Shown here piece by piece: positions 41,647 through 53,425 of a DNA stretch of 64,000 bases (position 1 is the first letter of the stretch; each line of letters starts with the position of its first letter). The stretch is from Candidatus Dormiibacterota bacterium. Its GTDB lineage: Bacteria; Chloroflexota; Dormibacteria; Aeolococcales; Aeolococcaceae. A program made the translations under genes and the position numbers. Location: assembly GCA_963800175.1 (NCBI GenBank), contig CAWCZS010000002.1:1217695-1281694 (forward strand), read 5' to 3'. The notes beneath the pieces were generated by a model. The model saw nothing but the letters and a program-made list of their open reading frames with translations, was not told the DNA's origin and ran no database searches.

Positions 41647-44600
41647 TCATCCCGCGACACGATGCAGTGCCGCCGTGGGTGCGCCGGCAACCTCCGCCTC
41701 GTCGAAGCGGACGCCGAGTACTGAGCTCGTCCCATCAGAGTCGATGGTGACGCCCCAGAGGGCGTCGGCCGCGGCCATAGTGATGTGGTTGTGGGTCACG
41801 ACGAGGAACTGCTGCGAGGCGCCAAGCCGGCGGAGCAGCCTCGTGAATCGCAGCACGTTGCTGTCGTCGAGGGCGGCGTCCACCTCGTCGAACACGTAGA
41901 ACGGGCTCGGGTTCACCTGCTGCAGGGCGAGGACCACGGCCAGCGCCGTCAGCGCGCGCTCGCCGCCGCTCAGGAGGCGAAGCGGCGTCTGGCGTTTGCC
42001 GGGTGGCTGGGCGAGGATCTCGACGCCGGCGCGTCGCTGCACCGGCAGGGCGCCGGTCTCGTCGATATCGAGCGCCGCAGGCTCCGGATCCTCGAGCCGC
42101 AGCGTTGCCCGGCCGCCGGGGAACAGCTCGGCGTACAGCTCCTGGAAATGGAATGACACCGCCCCGAACACGGTGTCGAAGCGCTGCTCGATCTCATGTT
42201 CCAGGTGTCGTGCCATGGCGCGCAGGTCCGCTCCGGCGCGTGCGAGGTCGTCGCGCTGCGCCGAGATGATCAGCACGCGCGCACTGAGCGCCTCATGTTG
42301 CTCAGGAGCAAGGGCGTTCACCGCGCCGAGCGCGGCGATCCGGCGTTCGAGGCGGACGATCTCGCGTTCGGCGCGCTCCGCGGCGGCGGGGTCGAGCTCG
42401 ATCGAGTCGTCTTCCGTGAGATCACGGACGGCTCCCGCAAGTTCCGCGACCGCAGCCTCACACGTGACGACCTCGGCCTCGGCGGCCTGGAGTTCGTCCG
42501 CGGCGCGGGCAACGGCAACCGCGACCTCGGCATGCTCGGTCTCGAGGGCGAGCACCGCGAACTCGAGTTCCGCGATCGGCAGAGCGACGAGGTCGTGCTC
42601 CTCCTGTGCCTCGGCGAGGTGCAGTGCCGCGCGCGCAGCCTCGCCACGACCCTGGAGGCCATGCACGATGGCCGCGAGCGCATCGCCCTCGGCGATGAGC
42701 CGCCGGGTCTCGGCTGCCGCGAGGCGTGATCGCGCGGCCTCGAGTGCGCGACGCGCTGCTTCGCGGCGCTCTTCCACATGCGCTCCCTCGGCTTTTGCAC
42801 GCGAGACGAGCAGCTCTGCTTCCTCGGCGGCGAGCCGGGTGCTCTCTGCTGCGGCGCGAACTTCTCGAGCCTGGGTGGCTGCGGCGGTGGCGGCCGCCTC
42901 AAGCTCGGCGTGGCGCTCACTCGCGGCCGAGAACCGGCGATCTGCAATGGCCTGTGCCTCGACGGCCGCGCTCGCATCAGCTCGGCGGATGACGAGTGTC
43001 GCCGCGGCGCGCTCGGCTTGGGCCGCGGCCGTCTCGAGTGCCTGCTGGGCGCCGGCGGCGACCGCGGCAGCGGCGGCTTCGTGTGCACGCGCGGCCCGAT
43101 CGGCCTCAACGGCAACGGACAGTGCCTGGTCGAGGTCGTTGAGGCGATCTCTCGCATTGGCGGCGGCGAGGACCGCGGCCGCCTCGACACGCTCGGCGCG
43201 CTCGGCAACCGACGCTGCTTCGCGCTCCTGGCGGGCGAGTTCGAGCGTGTCCACGGCGCGGCCGCCTCGGAGCCCGGACGGCGTCACCACGGTGCCGTCG
43301 CGGAGCACCACCAGCGTTGCTCCGCGACCGAACCCTGCCTCGGCCGACGCGAGATCCGGCGCAACCCAGACGCCTTGCAGCAGTCGGCTCACGGCGCCGC
43401 GCGCGCTGGGATCGACATCGACAACCGCTGACAGCAGCCGGTATGGCTCTGGAGCCGGCGGATCGTTGACGACGTCGAGTCCTGCGCGAATCAGACGCTC
43501 GCGAGGCCCTTCCCGATCGAGAAACCGCGCTGCCGACGCGACGTCATCGACGAGCCAGGCGCCGAGGTGCTCTTCCAGGGCCGCTGCGACGGCGCCCGCG
43601 AGCTCGTCATCCGTGACGGTGATGCAGTCGATGAGGCGCCGAGCCTGCAGGGAGCCGGCTTCGACGGCGTTGGCGATACCGCCGTCAGCGGTGCTGCCGC
43701 GGAGCCGGCCCCGCGCCGTTGCGAGCGCCGCCAGCGCTGTGCGTGCGTGTCCTGCGGCTTCGACCACGGCGCGATCGGCCGCATTGACCGCCTCCCAGGC
43801 GGCATCGACTTCGGATCGCGCTTCCTTCACTTTCGCCGACGAGCGTTGCGCCGCCGCAGCGGCCTCTCCGGCGGCGGCGAGCTGTGCGTCCAGCGCGCTG
43901 CCGAGTTCGGCGATGCGGTTCTTCGCGGTCTCGGAGTCCGCAACGAGCGCGTTGACTGCCGCTGCTGCCAGTTCGACACGAGCGGCTGCCGCCCGGGCGT
44001 CCGCGCCCGCTGCGGCGCGATCTCGCTCCGCGTCCGCCTGCACGGCGATGGCTGCGGCCATAGCGTTCGTCCGCGATCGATGCCTCGGCAGCGGCCTCGG
44101 TCGCGATCAGGCGCAGCCGCTCCGCCTCACGTTCGAGGACTTCCCAGCCTCGGCGCTCGTCGCCCGCCTCGACTTCGGCGAGTGCTGTCGTGGCGGCGGT
44201 GAGCTCAGGCGCGATCGCCTCGAGGTCCGCAACGGCGACGCCACGCTGGGCGACGGCGGAGCGCAAGCGGTCGGCGAACCGCCGCTGCAGCCCCTCCCCT
44301 CGTTCGAGCTGAATTCGCGCTTCCTCGAGCCGTCGGGCGGCCGCATCGCGCTCGGCGCGGGCTGCGTCGAGGCGCTGACGCGCCGCGTCGGCCCGGCTCG
44401 CGAAGGCTGCGTCCGCTTCGGCGGCTGCCTCGCAGCGTCCGAGCGCCTGCTCGAGGCGGCGGCGGGCCAGCTTGAGGCTCGCTCGGGCGGCGCGCCACTC
44501 CTCGTGGGCGAGGCTGCCGCGCAGCTCGGTGAGGCGGACGCTCATCGTGCGCAACTCGATCGCTGCGACCGACTGCTCGCTCAACTCCTCAAGCCGCGGG

Positions 44601-45199
44601 CTGGCGTCCTCGAGCAGGTCGGTGAGACGCCGGACGATCACGTCGGCGCCGTCGAGGCGATGCGACGCCTCCTCGCATGCGGCGCGCAGGGCACGCACAC
44701 CGGCCGCCTGCTCCACGAGCGTCCGGCGCTGTGCGGGCGTCGCCTCGATGATGCCGTCGATGTCGTTCTGGACGACGACCGCGTACCCGTTCTGGGTCAG
44801 ACCAGTGCCGCCGAGCAGACGCTCGAGGTCGCGGAGCCGGGCGTGGTCGCCGTTGATGCGGAACTCGGTGTCGCGATCGCCGCGCGCCACGCGCCGGCTG
44901 ACCGATACCTCCGGATCCTCGGACGGCAGGCTCCCGTCCTCGTTGTCCATGACGAGCTCCACCTGGGCGAGGCCCATCCGCTGACGGCCGCCGCCGCCCG
45001 AGTAGATGACCTCGTCCATGCGCTGGCCGCGCAGCTCGCGAGCGTTCGTCTCACCGAGCGCCCAGCGGACGGCGTCGACGAGATTGCTCTTGCCGCTGCC
45101 ATTGGGCCCGACGATCGCGGTGATCCCCGGGTCGAAGAGCACCTCGCTACGAGCCGCGAAGGTCTTGAACCCGGACAGGGTGATCCGCCGGAGCCTCAT
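41647..45199 (-). CDS. smc: chromosome segregation protein SMC, one frame break near 44060
   Basis: [38 protein letters not shown], long Ala/Glu/Arg coiled coils, a hinge region, [29 protein letters not shown]. The join is SIADER|MAAAIAVQ. Confidence 0.92.
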
Positions 45200-46431
45200 C
45201 CGCGCGATTGTCCACGCGTGGAGCGCGGCACGTCAACATCTTGGGCCGCGCCGATCTCACAGCCCCAAGATCTGGTGCTCACCCCTCGACCGGCGGTGTG
45301 CTCCCGCCGCCACGACCCCGACCGCCACGGCGCCCGCGACGCCTGCGTGGGGCAGGTGCGGAGGCGGCCGGCTCGGGCGGTGGTGCGGGCTGGCGGCCCA
45401 CCAGCGCCTCGGCAGCGTGGCGCAGCGCGGAAAGGAGGCTCCGGCTCCGCTTCGGCGTCGAAACTTCGGCCGTCGCATCGGGCCGCGCCGGCAGGCTTCG
45501 ATCCGGAGCGTCCGCGGCGGCGGCGCGGTGTGGCGCCGCGGTCGGCGGCCACCTCGGCGACGCGGCGGCGGACACGGGCGGGCTCGGAGGCGACGGTCTT
45601 GGCGGCATCTCGCGCCGCGCCCACTGCCGCTGCGGCGCCTCCCCTGCCGAGCTTGCTGAGCTTGTCGAGCGCGTCATGCGCGGCGGCCTGCTCGGCAGCC
45701 TGCTTGGTGGGTCCGCGCCCAGTGCCGCCGACTCGGTCGCCGAGGAGCACCTCGGCCGTGTACTCGCGCTTGTGCCCGGGACCGCCGGTGGCGATCACGC
45801 GGTAATGCGGGGTGTCGCCCGTGCGGTCCTGGGACGCCTGCTGCAACTGGCCCTTGAAGTTCTCGTCGCTCCACTCGGCGAGATCGCCGATGTTCTGCAG
45901 GAAGACCTTGGTCGCTGCCCGGTATCCCTGGTCGAGGAAGATCGCGCCGATCATCGCCTCGAACGCATTGGCGAGCAGTGACGGCAACTTGCGCGCGCCG
46001 GTCTTGACGGCGCCGCGCCCCATGAGAAGCGTCTCGCCGAGCTCCAGGCGCTCGCCGAGCCGCGCCAGCGAGGTGGTGTTCACGAGCGCGGCGCGCAGCT
46101 GGGTCAACTGGCCCTCGTCGTACGTCGGGAATCGCCGGAACAGGTACTCGCCGACCACGAGCTCGAGGACCGCGTCGCCGAGGTACTCGAGCCGTTCGTT
46201 GTCGTGCCCGGGACCGGCCGGTTCGCCGTGCTCGTTGTTCCACGAGGCATGCGTCATCGCCTCGCGGAGCAACTCCTGCTTGCGGAATTGGATGCCGATC
46301 CGCTTCTGCAGATCGCGCAGCCGCTCGAGTTCGGGCTCGCCGAGCGGGGACGCGGTGAGCTTAGGCGCGGGTCCCGTTGGCGCAGGTGGCAGCGGCTTGG
46401 GGGTCGCCGGCGCTGGCGCCGGGATGGCAGC
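45196..46431 (-). CDS. rnc: ribonuclease III; start codon and C-terminal end unresolved
   Basis: [47 protein letters not shown], ds[26 protein letters not shown]...[21 protein letters not shown]. The frame stays open for about 150 more Arg-rich codons down to the smc ATG (ATGA overlap). There is no ATG/GTG/TTG between the acpP stop and the catalytic domain. Confidence 0.8.
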   Translation of the reverse strand, partial: AAIPAPAPATPKPLPPAPTGPAPKLTASPLGEPELERLRDLQKRIGIQFRKQELLREAMTHASWNNEHGEPAGPGHDNERLEYLGDAVLELVVGEYLFRRFPTYDEGQLTQLRAALVNTTSLARLGERLELGETLLMGRGAVKTGARKLPSLLANAFEAMIGAIFLDQGYRAATKVFLQNIGDLAEWSDENFKGQLQQASQDRTGDTPHYRVIATGGPGHKREYTAEVLLGDRVGGTGRGPTKQAAEQAAAHDALDKLSKLGRGGAAAAVGAARDAAKTVASEPARVRRRVAEVAADRGATPRRRRGRSGSKPAGAARCDGRSFDAEAEPEPPFRAAPRCRGAGGPPARTTARAGRLRTCPTQASRAPWRSGSWRREHTAGRGVSTRSWGCEIGAAQDVDVPRSTRGQSRG

Positions 46432-46433
46432 GA

Positions 46434-46682
46434 CTAGGTTGTCGCTCCCACCTTCTCCTGAATGTAGTCCCAGGCCTGCTGCACTGTCCCGATCTTCTCC
46501 GCGTCCTCGTCCGAGATCTCCATCTGGTACTCCTCCTCGAACGCCATGATCAGTTCCACCAGGTCGAGGGAGTCCGCGTTCAGATCCTCCACGAACGACG
46601 CTTCCGGAGTCACCTGCTCGGTCTCCACGCCGAGCTGGTCGGCGACGATCGCTTTGAACCGGTCGAAGGTTAGATCTGGCAT
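46434..46682 (-). CDS. acpP: acyl carrier protein
   Basis: 82 aa. [23 protein letters not shown] contains the DSL phosphopantetheine site. AAGGA precedes the ATG. Confidence 0.93.
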   Translation of the reverse strand: MPDLTFDRFKAIVADQLGVETEQVTPEASFVEDLNADSLDLVELIMAFEEEYQMEISDEDAEKIGTVQQAWDYIQEKVGATT

Positions 46683-46840
46683 CAGGAGTTCCTTGTGATG
46701 GTGTGGCTGCGGCAGGTGCCGCATCAGTGTCGGACGGAACGATAGCGTCAGAAGCGGGGGGCGCCACGCGAACGGCCCGGACGCACCGTCGATGATGCGT
46801 TCCGGAGGCTTGTCGCCGCTCTGGGACGTGTCGACGTCGC

Positions 46841-47600
46841 TCATGCGGCGAGGCCGCCGTCGACGTGGAGGACGTGGCCGGTGATGTATCCGGACCCGGG
46901 CAGGACGAGGAACGCGATGGCGGAGGCAACCTCTTCCGCGGTGCCCATCCTGCCTTTGGGAATGGCCGCGATTGCGCCGGCGCGCACCGCGTCGCGGGAG
47001 CACCGTGGTCATCTCGGTGTCGATGAAGCCGGGGGCCACGGCATTGACCGTGATGTCGCGGCTCGCGACCTCGCGTGCGAGCGACTTGGTCAGCCCGATC
47101 AGCCCGGCCTTCGCGGCCGAGTAGTTGGATTGCCCCGCGTTGCCGATCACGCCGGCGATGCTGGAGACATTGACGATGCGGCCGAATTTCTGGCGCAGCA
47201 TCGGGCGGAGCGCCGCACGGCAGATGTGAAACGCGGCGGTGAGGTCGATCGCGATGACCGCGTCCCAGTCGTCGTCGGTGAGGCGCATCGCCAGGTTGTC
47301 GCGGTTGATCCCGGCGTTGTTGACGACGATGTCCACGCCGCCGAGCGCTGCCACCGTCTGTTCGACGAGTGCTCCTGCGGCATGGGGATCGGCGAGGTCC
47401 GCGCCGAGTGCGACTGCCGTTGCGTTGTAGTCGGATTGCAGCGCGGCGACGAGCGCCTCAGCGCTCTCCGCGCTTGCCGAATATCCAACCGCCACCGATG
47501 CGCCGGCGCGCGCGAGCGCAATCGCCGTGGCCTTGCCGATGCCTCGCGATGCGCCGGTGACCAGCGCACGTCTGCCTTCGAGCGGGCGGGCGTCGGTCAT
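46841..47600 (-). CDS. fabG: 3-oxoacyl-ACP reductase, one frame break near 46990
   Basis: [50 protein letters not shown] | [20 protein letters not shown]...[12 protein letters not shown]. The ATG overlaps the fabD stop (ATGA). Confidence 0.9.
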
Positions 47601-48520
47601 CCTGCTACCGCCGCCATGTCGATGCTTTTCGCAGCGTCGACGCTGCTGACTGAAATAGTTCGGATATCCGGTGCGATTCGTCTCGCGAGGCCGCTGAGCA
47701 CAGACCCGGGCCCCACCTCGATGAGCGTGTCGGCCCCGAGGTCCACGAGCCGGCGGACGCAGTCGATCCAGCGCACAGGCGACGTCAGCTGCGCGCGCAA
47801 CCGTTCGCGCAGCGCATCGGCAGTGCGCACATCCGTCGCATCGACATTGCACACGACCGGCGGATGCGGATCCGCAATCGCGACTGCGTCAAGCGCAGTC
47901 TCAAATCGCGCTGCAGCCGATGTCATCAGCGGCGAGTGAAATGCACCGCTCACGTTGAGCGGGATTGCGCGGCGCGCGCCGCGCGTGAGGGCAAGTTTCG
48001 AAGCCGCTGCAACACCATCGGTCGAACCGCTGATGACCAGTTGCCCCGGCGCATTGAGATTCGCGACGACGACAATCTCACCTGTTTCGCGTTGCGTCTC
48101 GGCGCAGACATCGATGGCAGCGTCGACGTCGATGCCGATCAGTGCGCACATCGTGCCGTCGCGCATCGCGGCCATGGCTCTCCCCCGCTCGATGACGAGT
48201 CGCATCGCGTCCGCTGGCGTCAATGCGGCGGATGCGACCGCGGCCGCGTACTCGCCGACACTGTGTCCCGCAACCGCGATCACGTCGAGGTCGTCGGGCA
48301 GGGAGCTCCGCAACGCGCACTCCACGAAAAGGAGCGCCGGCTGCGCGATCTCCGTCGGGCGGAGATGCTCGTCGTCACCGGAGAGCGCGGCACCGAGGTC
48401 GAGGCCGGAGGATTCCGCCGCCGCGAGCATCTCGAGAGCGATCGGGAGATCAGTCAGCCCATCCGCCATACCGGCGGCCTGGCTGCCCTGTCCGGGAAAG
48501 CAGAGTGCTGCGCGGGCCAA
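47597..48520 (-). CDS. fabD: malonyl CoA-ACP transacylase
   Basis: Start TTG at 48520 ([14 protein letters not shown]). [28 protein letters not shown]. The tracked ORF extends upstream into rpmF in another frame. Confidence 0.9.
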   Translation of the reverse strand: MARAALCFPGQGSQAAGMADGLTDLPIALEMLAAAESSGLDLGAALSGDDEHLRPTEIAQPALLFVECALRSSLPDDLDVIAVAGHSVGEYAAAVASAALTPADAMRLVIERGRAMAAMRDGTMCALIGIDVDAAIDVCAETQRETGEIVVVANLNAPGQLVISGSTDGVAAASKLALTRGARRAIPLNVSGAFHSPLMTSAAARFETALDAVAIADPHPPVVCNVDATDVRTADALRERLRAQLTSPVRWIDCVRRLVDLGADTLIEVGPGSVLSGLARRIAPDIRTISVSSVDAAKSIDMAAVAG

Positions 48521-48533
48521 CAGGACCGGGTGG

Positions 48534-48710
48534 TTACTCGGTGACAACCACTTCGCGGCCGTGGTAGTAGCCGCAGTTCGGGCAGACCCGGTGCGGGATT
48601 CGCGGCTGGCGGCAGCGCGGGCACGGCGACAGCGTCGGCATTTCCAGGGCGTGGTGGGAGCGCCGAAAGTCGCGACGGCGCTTTGAAATTTTTTGCTTGG
48701 GAAGCGGCAT
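48534..48710 (-). CDS. rpmF: 50S ribosomal protein L32
   Basis: MPLPKQKISKRRRDFRRSHHAL...CPRCRQPRIPHRVCPNCGYY. 58 aa. Confidence 0.92.
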   Translation of the reverse strand: MPLPKQKISKRRRDFRRSHHALEMPTLSPCPRCRQPRIPHRVCPNCGYYHGREVVVTE

Positions 48711-48786
48711 GCTCGGTTTCTCCGGGGACGGCGCACACGCACGGCGGCGCGGCCAGTAGGTGCGGTCAGTATAGCGGGGCATCCAG

Positions 48787-48801
48787 CCGGGGCGACCCCG
48801 G
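48787..48801 (-). terminator. GC hairpin ccgggg-cga-ccccgg 4 nt after the stop of the 48805-49341 gene (no U-tract)
   Basis: Read directly from the sequence. A TATACT box follows on the minus strand before rpmF. Confidence 0.2.
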
Positions 48802-48804
48802 ACG

Positions 48805-49341
48805 CTATTCCCGCTCCCGTCGTTTGCGCCGGGACCCACCTTCAGCAGGGAGAGCGTCGATACCCTTGCGGACCGTGGTGGCGGCCCGCATCAGCTGGTC
48901 CTCGAGACGGAGCATGACCTCGCGGGCATAGGCGTCGGCATCGCTGCATGTCTTCGCTGCACGCTCCTCCGCCTCCGCGATCAGCGTGGCGGCCTGCTCG
49001 CGCGCCCGGTCGACGAGCGCGTGGTCGCTCACCATCACTGCAGCGCGGGCCTGCGCCTCGGCGATGATGCGATCCACCTCGCTCTCCGCGCGCGAGAGGA
49101 TCCGTTCGGCCTCCTGCTCGGCTTCGGTGAGCACCCGGCGCTGGTCCTCGAGGAGGTGACGCGCCTGCATGAGCTCGTCGGGGAGGCCAAGTCGCGTGCG
49201 GTCGATGAGTTCGAGGACCTCATCCTCATTGACCACGACGCCCGACGTGAAGGGCACGCGCCGGCCGGTGCTCACCAGCTCCTCGAGCTGGTCGACGAGG
49301 TCGATCACGGTCGTGTCAACGCCATCCGGGGTGTCGGTCAC
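48805..49341 (-). CDS. coiled-coil protein (ATPase subunit b/H-like heptad region), function unknown
   Basis: 178 aa. VIDLVDQLEELVSTGRRVPFTSGVVVNEDEVLELIDRTRLGLPDEL, then a long Ala/Glu/Arg helix (AEQEAERILSRAESEVDRIIAEAQARA...) and a basic tail RRKRRERE. The start overlaps the coaD stop. Confidence 0.45.
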   Translation of the reverse strand: MTDTPDGVDTTVIDLVDQLEELVSTGRRVPFTSGVVVNEDEVLELIDRTRLGLPDELMQARHLLEDQRRVLTEAEQEAERILSRAESEVDRIIAEAQARAAVMVSDHALVDRAREQAATLIAEAEERAAKTCSDADAYAREVMLRLEDQLMRAATTVRKGIDALPAEGGSRRKRRERE

Positions 49342-49850
49342 GTCGCGTGCGGCTCGCGCCGGCGGTGCTCGGCGAAACGCCGCTGCATCGCCTCCACGCT
49401 CACGGGCGGCGCCATCTCGTTGACGTTGCCGCCGAGGTGGCAGACCTCTTTGATCAGCGACGACGAGATGAACACATTGGAAAAGGAGGTCATGAGAAAG
49501 ACCGTGTTCACCGCGGGATTGAGGCGCCGGTTCATGAGCGCCATCTGAAACTCCGACTCGAAATCGCTGATGACCCGCAGTCCGCGCACGATCGCGATCG
49601 CCCCGGTCGATGCGGCGAAGTCCACGGTGAGGCCGTCGAAGGTGGTCACGTCGATGCGTGGGCGCGACTCGAGGCAGGCGTGGAGCATGTCGACCCGCTC
49701 AGCGGCCGTGAAGAGCGGCGTCTTGCCCGGGTTCTCGAGGACTCCGACGACGACGCGGTCGAAAATGGCCGCGGCACGGTCGAGGATGTCGAGATGGCCG
49801 AACGTCACCGGGTCAAAGCTGCCCGGGTACACCGCGATGCGCTCGCTCAC
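49338..49850 (-). CDS. coaD: pantetheine-phosphate adenylyltransferase
   Basis: GTG at 49850 overlaps the rsmD stop (GTGA). IAVYPGSFDPVTFGHLDILDRA, RGLRVISDFESEFQMA, ISSSLIKE. Confidence 0.92.
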   Translation of the reverse strand: MSERIAVYPGSFDPVTFGHLDILDRAAAIFDRVVVGVLENPGKTPLFTAAERVDMLHACLESRPRIDVTTFDGLTVDFAASTGAIAIVRGLRVISDFESEFQMALMNRRLNPAVNTVFLMTSFSNVFISSSLIKEVCHLGGNVNEMAPPVSVEAMQRRFAEHRRREPHAT

Positions 49851-50450
49851 GCTGTTCCGTCCGTTGGTGCAGCGGTCCGCTGCAGGAAGCTGATGGTGGT
49901 CAGGCCGTAACGCGCCTCGCGGAATCGAGTGAGACTGCCGATCTGCTCGGGAATTTCGCGGGCGCGGTGATGTTCGCACACGACAAGACGCGGTGGAGCC
50001 GCACCCAGCAGTTCGAGCACGGCCTCGAGCTCCGGGTCCTGGTACGGGGCATCGACATAGCAGAGGTCGGTCTCCTCCGTCACGGACGTCGCACCGCGGA
50101 GCCAGCGGCGGACGTCGGCCCCGATGAGGCTGCACCGGTCGCGGCAGCCAAAGCGTTCGGCCGTTTTCGCGATGAGCTCGAGGGCTTCGCGTTGCCGCTC
50201 CACGAACGTCGCGGTGGTGGCGCCGCGCGACAGGGCCTCGAAGCCGACGGTCCCGGCACCGGCGTACAGATCGAGCACGCGTGCACCCACGACACGGTTG
50301 CCGAGGATGTCGAACAGCGGACTGGCGGACCATCGCGCGAGTCGGCCGCACCTCGCGTCCATGCGGCGTGCTGACAACGCTGCCGCGCCACGCGCCGGCG
50401 GTGATCCGGGTCTGGGCCAGGTGCTGCGGCCCCGTCTTCAGACGCGGCAT
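49847..50450 (-). CDS. rsmD: 16S rRNA (guanine966-N2)-methyltransferase RsmD, one frame break near 50320
   Basis: RITAGAWRG...VRPTRAMVRQS | LFDILGNRVVGARVLDLYAGAGTVGFEALSRGA, YVDAPY. Confidence 0.85.
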
Positions 50451-50474
50451 TGGGTTGGGGAGATGGGACGCACG

Positions 50475-52564
50475 CTAGTCGATATCGAAGACGGCGCGGT
50501 AGCCGTTCATGGCTTCCGAAAGCGGCTGCCATTCGCTGAGGCCGGGGTCCGCGTCGAGCCAGCGGAGCGCCGCCTGCCGAGCGCGCTGGCCGAGCGCGAC
50601 GTCCAGCAGATCCGCTGCGAGCATGTCGGGAAGGCCGTGCTGGCGGAGGCCGACGAGCTGACCCGGTCCGCGGAGTTGCAGGTCGCGCTCGGCAAGCTCG
50701 AAGCCGCTGTCCGTTGACGCGACTGCCGCAAGCCGCTGGGAGCCTTCCTCGTCGATCCCACCCTCGAAGAGCAGGCAATACGACTGATGCTCGGCACGTC
50801 CTACCCGGCCACGGAACTGATGCAACTGCGCAAGCCCGAAACGCTCCGCCCCTTCGATGACCATGATCGATGCGTTGGGGACGTCGACGCCAACCTCCAC
50901 GACGCTCGTTGCCACAAGCACGTCCGCCTCGCCGCGCACGAACCGTTGCATCCGCTCGGTTTTCTCGCGCGCCGGCATGCGGCCGTGCAGCAGTTCGACG
51001 CGCAGGTCCGGGAAGATGGTGGTGCTGAGCCGCTCGTACTCGGCTGTTGCGCTTTTCGCCCCGAGCTTGTCGGACTCCTCGATGAGCGGGCAGATGACGA
51101 ATGCCTGGCGTCCCTTGCGCACTTCTTCCCGGACGAATTCGTATGCGCGGCTGCGTGACTCCGGTCCGACCACCTCGGTCTCCACTGGTCGGCGTCCGGG
51201 TGGCATCTCGCGCAACTCGCTGAGGTCGACGTCTCCATAGAGGGTGTTGGACAGCGAGCGCGGAATCGGCGTCGCGGTCATTGCGAGGTAGTTGGGCATT
51301 GCTCCCGATGTCTGACGCAGGCGTTGCCGCTGCGCGACGCCGAAACGGTGCTGTTCGTCGACGACGACAAGCCCGAGGTTGACCATGGCGACGTCATCCT
51401 CGATGAGCGCGTGCGTGCCGACGATGAGTGAATCGTGCCCACCGGCGAGACCGGCCAGGATCTCGCGCCGAGCGGCGAGCCGACGTGCTGCCCACGAGCA
51501 GGCGCGGCGGCAGCCCGTGCTCGCCGAGCAGTGTCTCGAGGGTCGCGTGATGCTGGCGGGCAAGGATCTCGGTCGGCGCCATCACCGCGGTCTGAAAGCC
51601 GGCGTGGTGCGTCATCAGCGCCGCGAGTGCCGCGACAACGGTCTTCCCGCTCCCGACGTCGCCTTGGAGCAGACGATTCATCGGTCCTGGCGCCGCGAGG
51701 TCGGTGAGGATCTCGTGCGCGGCCACACGCTGACCGTCGGTGAGCTTGAACGGCAGTGTCGCGACGAACTGTCGCGCGACCTCGATGTCGTACGCGACGA
51801 TCGACGCCCGGACCGCTCATGCGCCGCCGGCGCGCCCGTTCTGCGGCGACCTGCAGCAGGAACAACTCCTCGAACGCGATGCGCTCGCGCGCCTGCCTCG
51901 CGATCTCGAGGCTCTCCGGCTTGTGCACCTGGTACAGGGCGTCGGCAATCGGCATCAACCCTTCCGCCTCGCGCACCGACGGCGGTAGCCTGTCGGGCAC
52001 CTGGGTCGTGAATCCAAGCAGCGGCTCGATCTTGCTTCGCAGGAACCGCGAGGTGATGCCCTCGGTTTCCGGATACACCGGCGCGAGCGTCCCAACGTGG
52101 TGCTGATCCGGGCCGAGGCGCTCGAAGGCAGGATTGCGAAAGGTCAAGCCGGTCCTCGAGAGCTCGACCTTGCCGCTGACGACCAACTCCGTGCCGGGCT
52201 GCAGCTGTTTGACGAGAAACGGCTGGTTGAACCACACAGCATTCGCGACGGCCCCGTCGTCCTCGAGGGTCGCCTCGACGAGCACGATCTTCTTGTATGG
52301 AGTCTTCCGCGCGCTGACGTTGCGGACGCGTGCGCGCACTGTCTGCACCAACCCCGCACGCAGCGCATACAGGGGCACTGTGGCTCGCGTGTCCTCATAC
52401 CTGCGGGGCAGGTGAAACAGCAGGTCGCGCACCGTGGCGAGGCCGAGTTTCTGAAGCCGTTGCGCCTGACGCGGGCCGATCCCGGTGATGCGGGACAGCG
52501 GCAGGTCGAGGTCCAGCGGCACGTAGGTCGGCGTCACCAGCGAAACAACCGTGCTCACAGCCAT
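50475..52564 (-). CDS. recG: ATP-dependent DNA helicase RecG, 2 frame breaks (~51800, ~51475)
   Basis: ITGIGPRQAQRLQKLGLATVRDLLFHLPRRY, wedge domain, LPFKLTDGQRVAAHEI, LLQGDVGSGKT, VVVDEQHRFG, MTATPIPRS, LHGRM, ATSVVEVGVDVPNA, LHQFRGRVGR. Confidence 0.92.
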
Positions 52565-52587
52565 TCCATCGTGGCAGGCTCGCCCGA

Positions 52588-53424
52588 TTAGTCCGCGCCG
52601 AGGCAGGCAACCCCGAGACCGCCCGGCCCGCTGTACGCGCCGACAACGGGCCCGATCCGTCCGAGGACGGCGCTGACGTTGGAGACGGCTGCGCCAATAC
52701 GCGTCTCGAGCTCGGTCATCGACTCGGCAGCGGCGGCGTGAAACTCGGCGAGACCGCGCAGCGGCGTGCAGCCGCGGACCTGTTCGACGATCAGATCGAT
52801 GCCCTTGGAGCGGCTGCGCGGGCGTGCAACCGGGACGACCTCTCCATCGCGCACGGCGATGAGCGGTTTCACGTTGAGGAGTCCTCCGACGAATGCCTGG
52901 GCACGGCCGATGCGCCCGCCGCGGTGCAGGTACGTGAGGGTGTCGAGCAACACGAGGATCGTGACCTTGCCCGCGCGCTTCGTCGCCTTCTCCGCGACGA
53001 GCGCGGCATCGTCGCCGGCTTTGATGTCCTCGAGCGCGGCGCGCACGAGCAATTGCAGACCGCCGCTCACGCTTTCAGTGTCAACGAGGTGGATCCGGCT
53101 GCGGTCGAAGTCCCGCGCGGCGAGTGTTGCCGACTGCAGCGTGCCGCTGAGTTTGGCGGAGATGTGCAAGCCGACGACCTGGTCCGCGGGGTCGGCAAGC
53201 AGCGTCTTGTAGAGAGTCGCGAACACATCCGGCGACGGCTGCGACGTCGTGGGGTGGATATCGCTGTGCTCGAGCTTTGTGTAGAACTGATCGGCGTCGA
53301 TATCGACGCCGTCGCGAAACTGCTCCTCGCCGAAACGCACGATCAACGGCACCACATGAACCCCGAGTGCCTCCGCATCCGCGAGCGCGATGTCCGAGGT
53401 GCTGTCGGTGACGAGATGGATCAC
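52588..53424 (-). CDS. DegV-family fatty-acid-binding protein
   Basis: MIHLVTDSTSDI, TTSQPSP, ISAKLSGTLQSA, LDTLTYLHRGGRIG. Intact. Confidence 0.88.
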   Translation of the reverse strand: MIHLVTDSTSDIALADAEALGVHVVPLIVRFGEEQFRDGVDIDADQFYTKLEHSDIHPTTSQPSPDVFATLYKTLLADPADQVVGLHISAKLSGTLQSATLAARDFDRSRIHLVDTESVSGGLQLLVRAALEDIKAGDDAALVAEKATKRAGKVTILVLLDTLTYLHRGGRIGRAQAFVGGLLNVKPLIAVRDGEVVPVARPRSRSKGIDLIVEQVRGCTPLRGLAEFHAAAAESMTELETRIGAAVSNVSAVLGRIGPVVGAYSGPGGLGVACLGAD

Positions 53425-53425
53425 C

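Noticed and set aside
41996-45805. 1269-aa plus-strand ORF, the longest ORF in the window
   Set aside because: It lies exactly antisense to smc and rnc. Its translation is low-complexity Ala/Arg/Ser with no motifs, while the minus strand carries complete SMC Walker A, signature and Walker B motifs. Open antisense frames are expected at this GC content.
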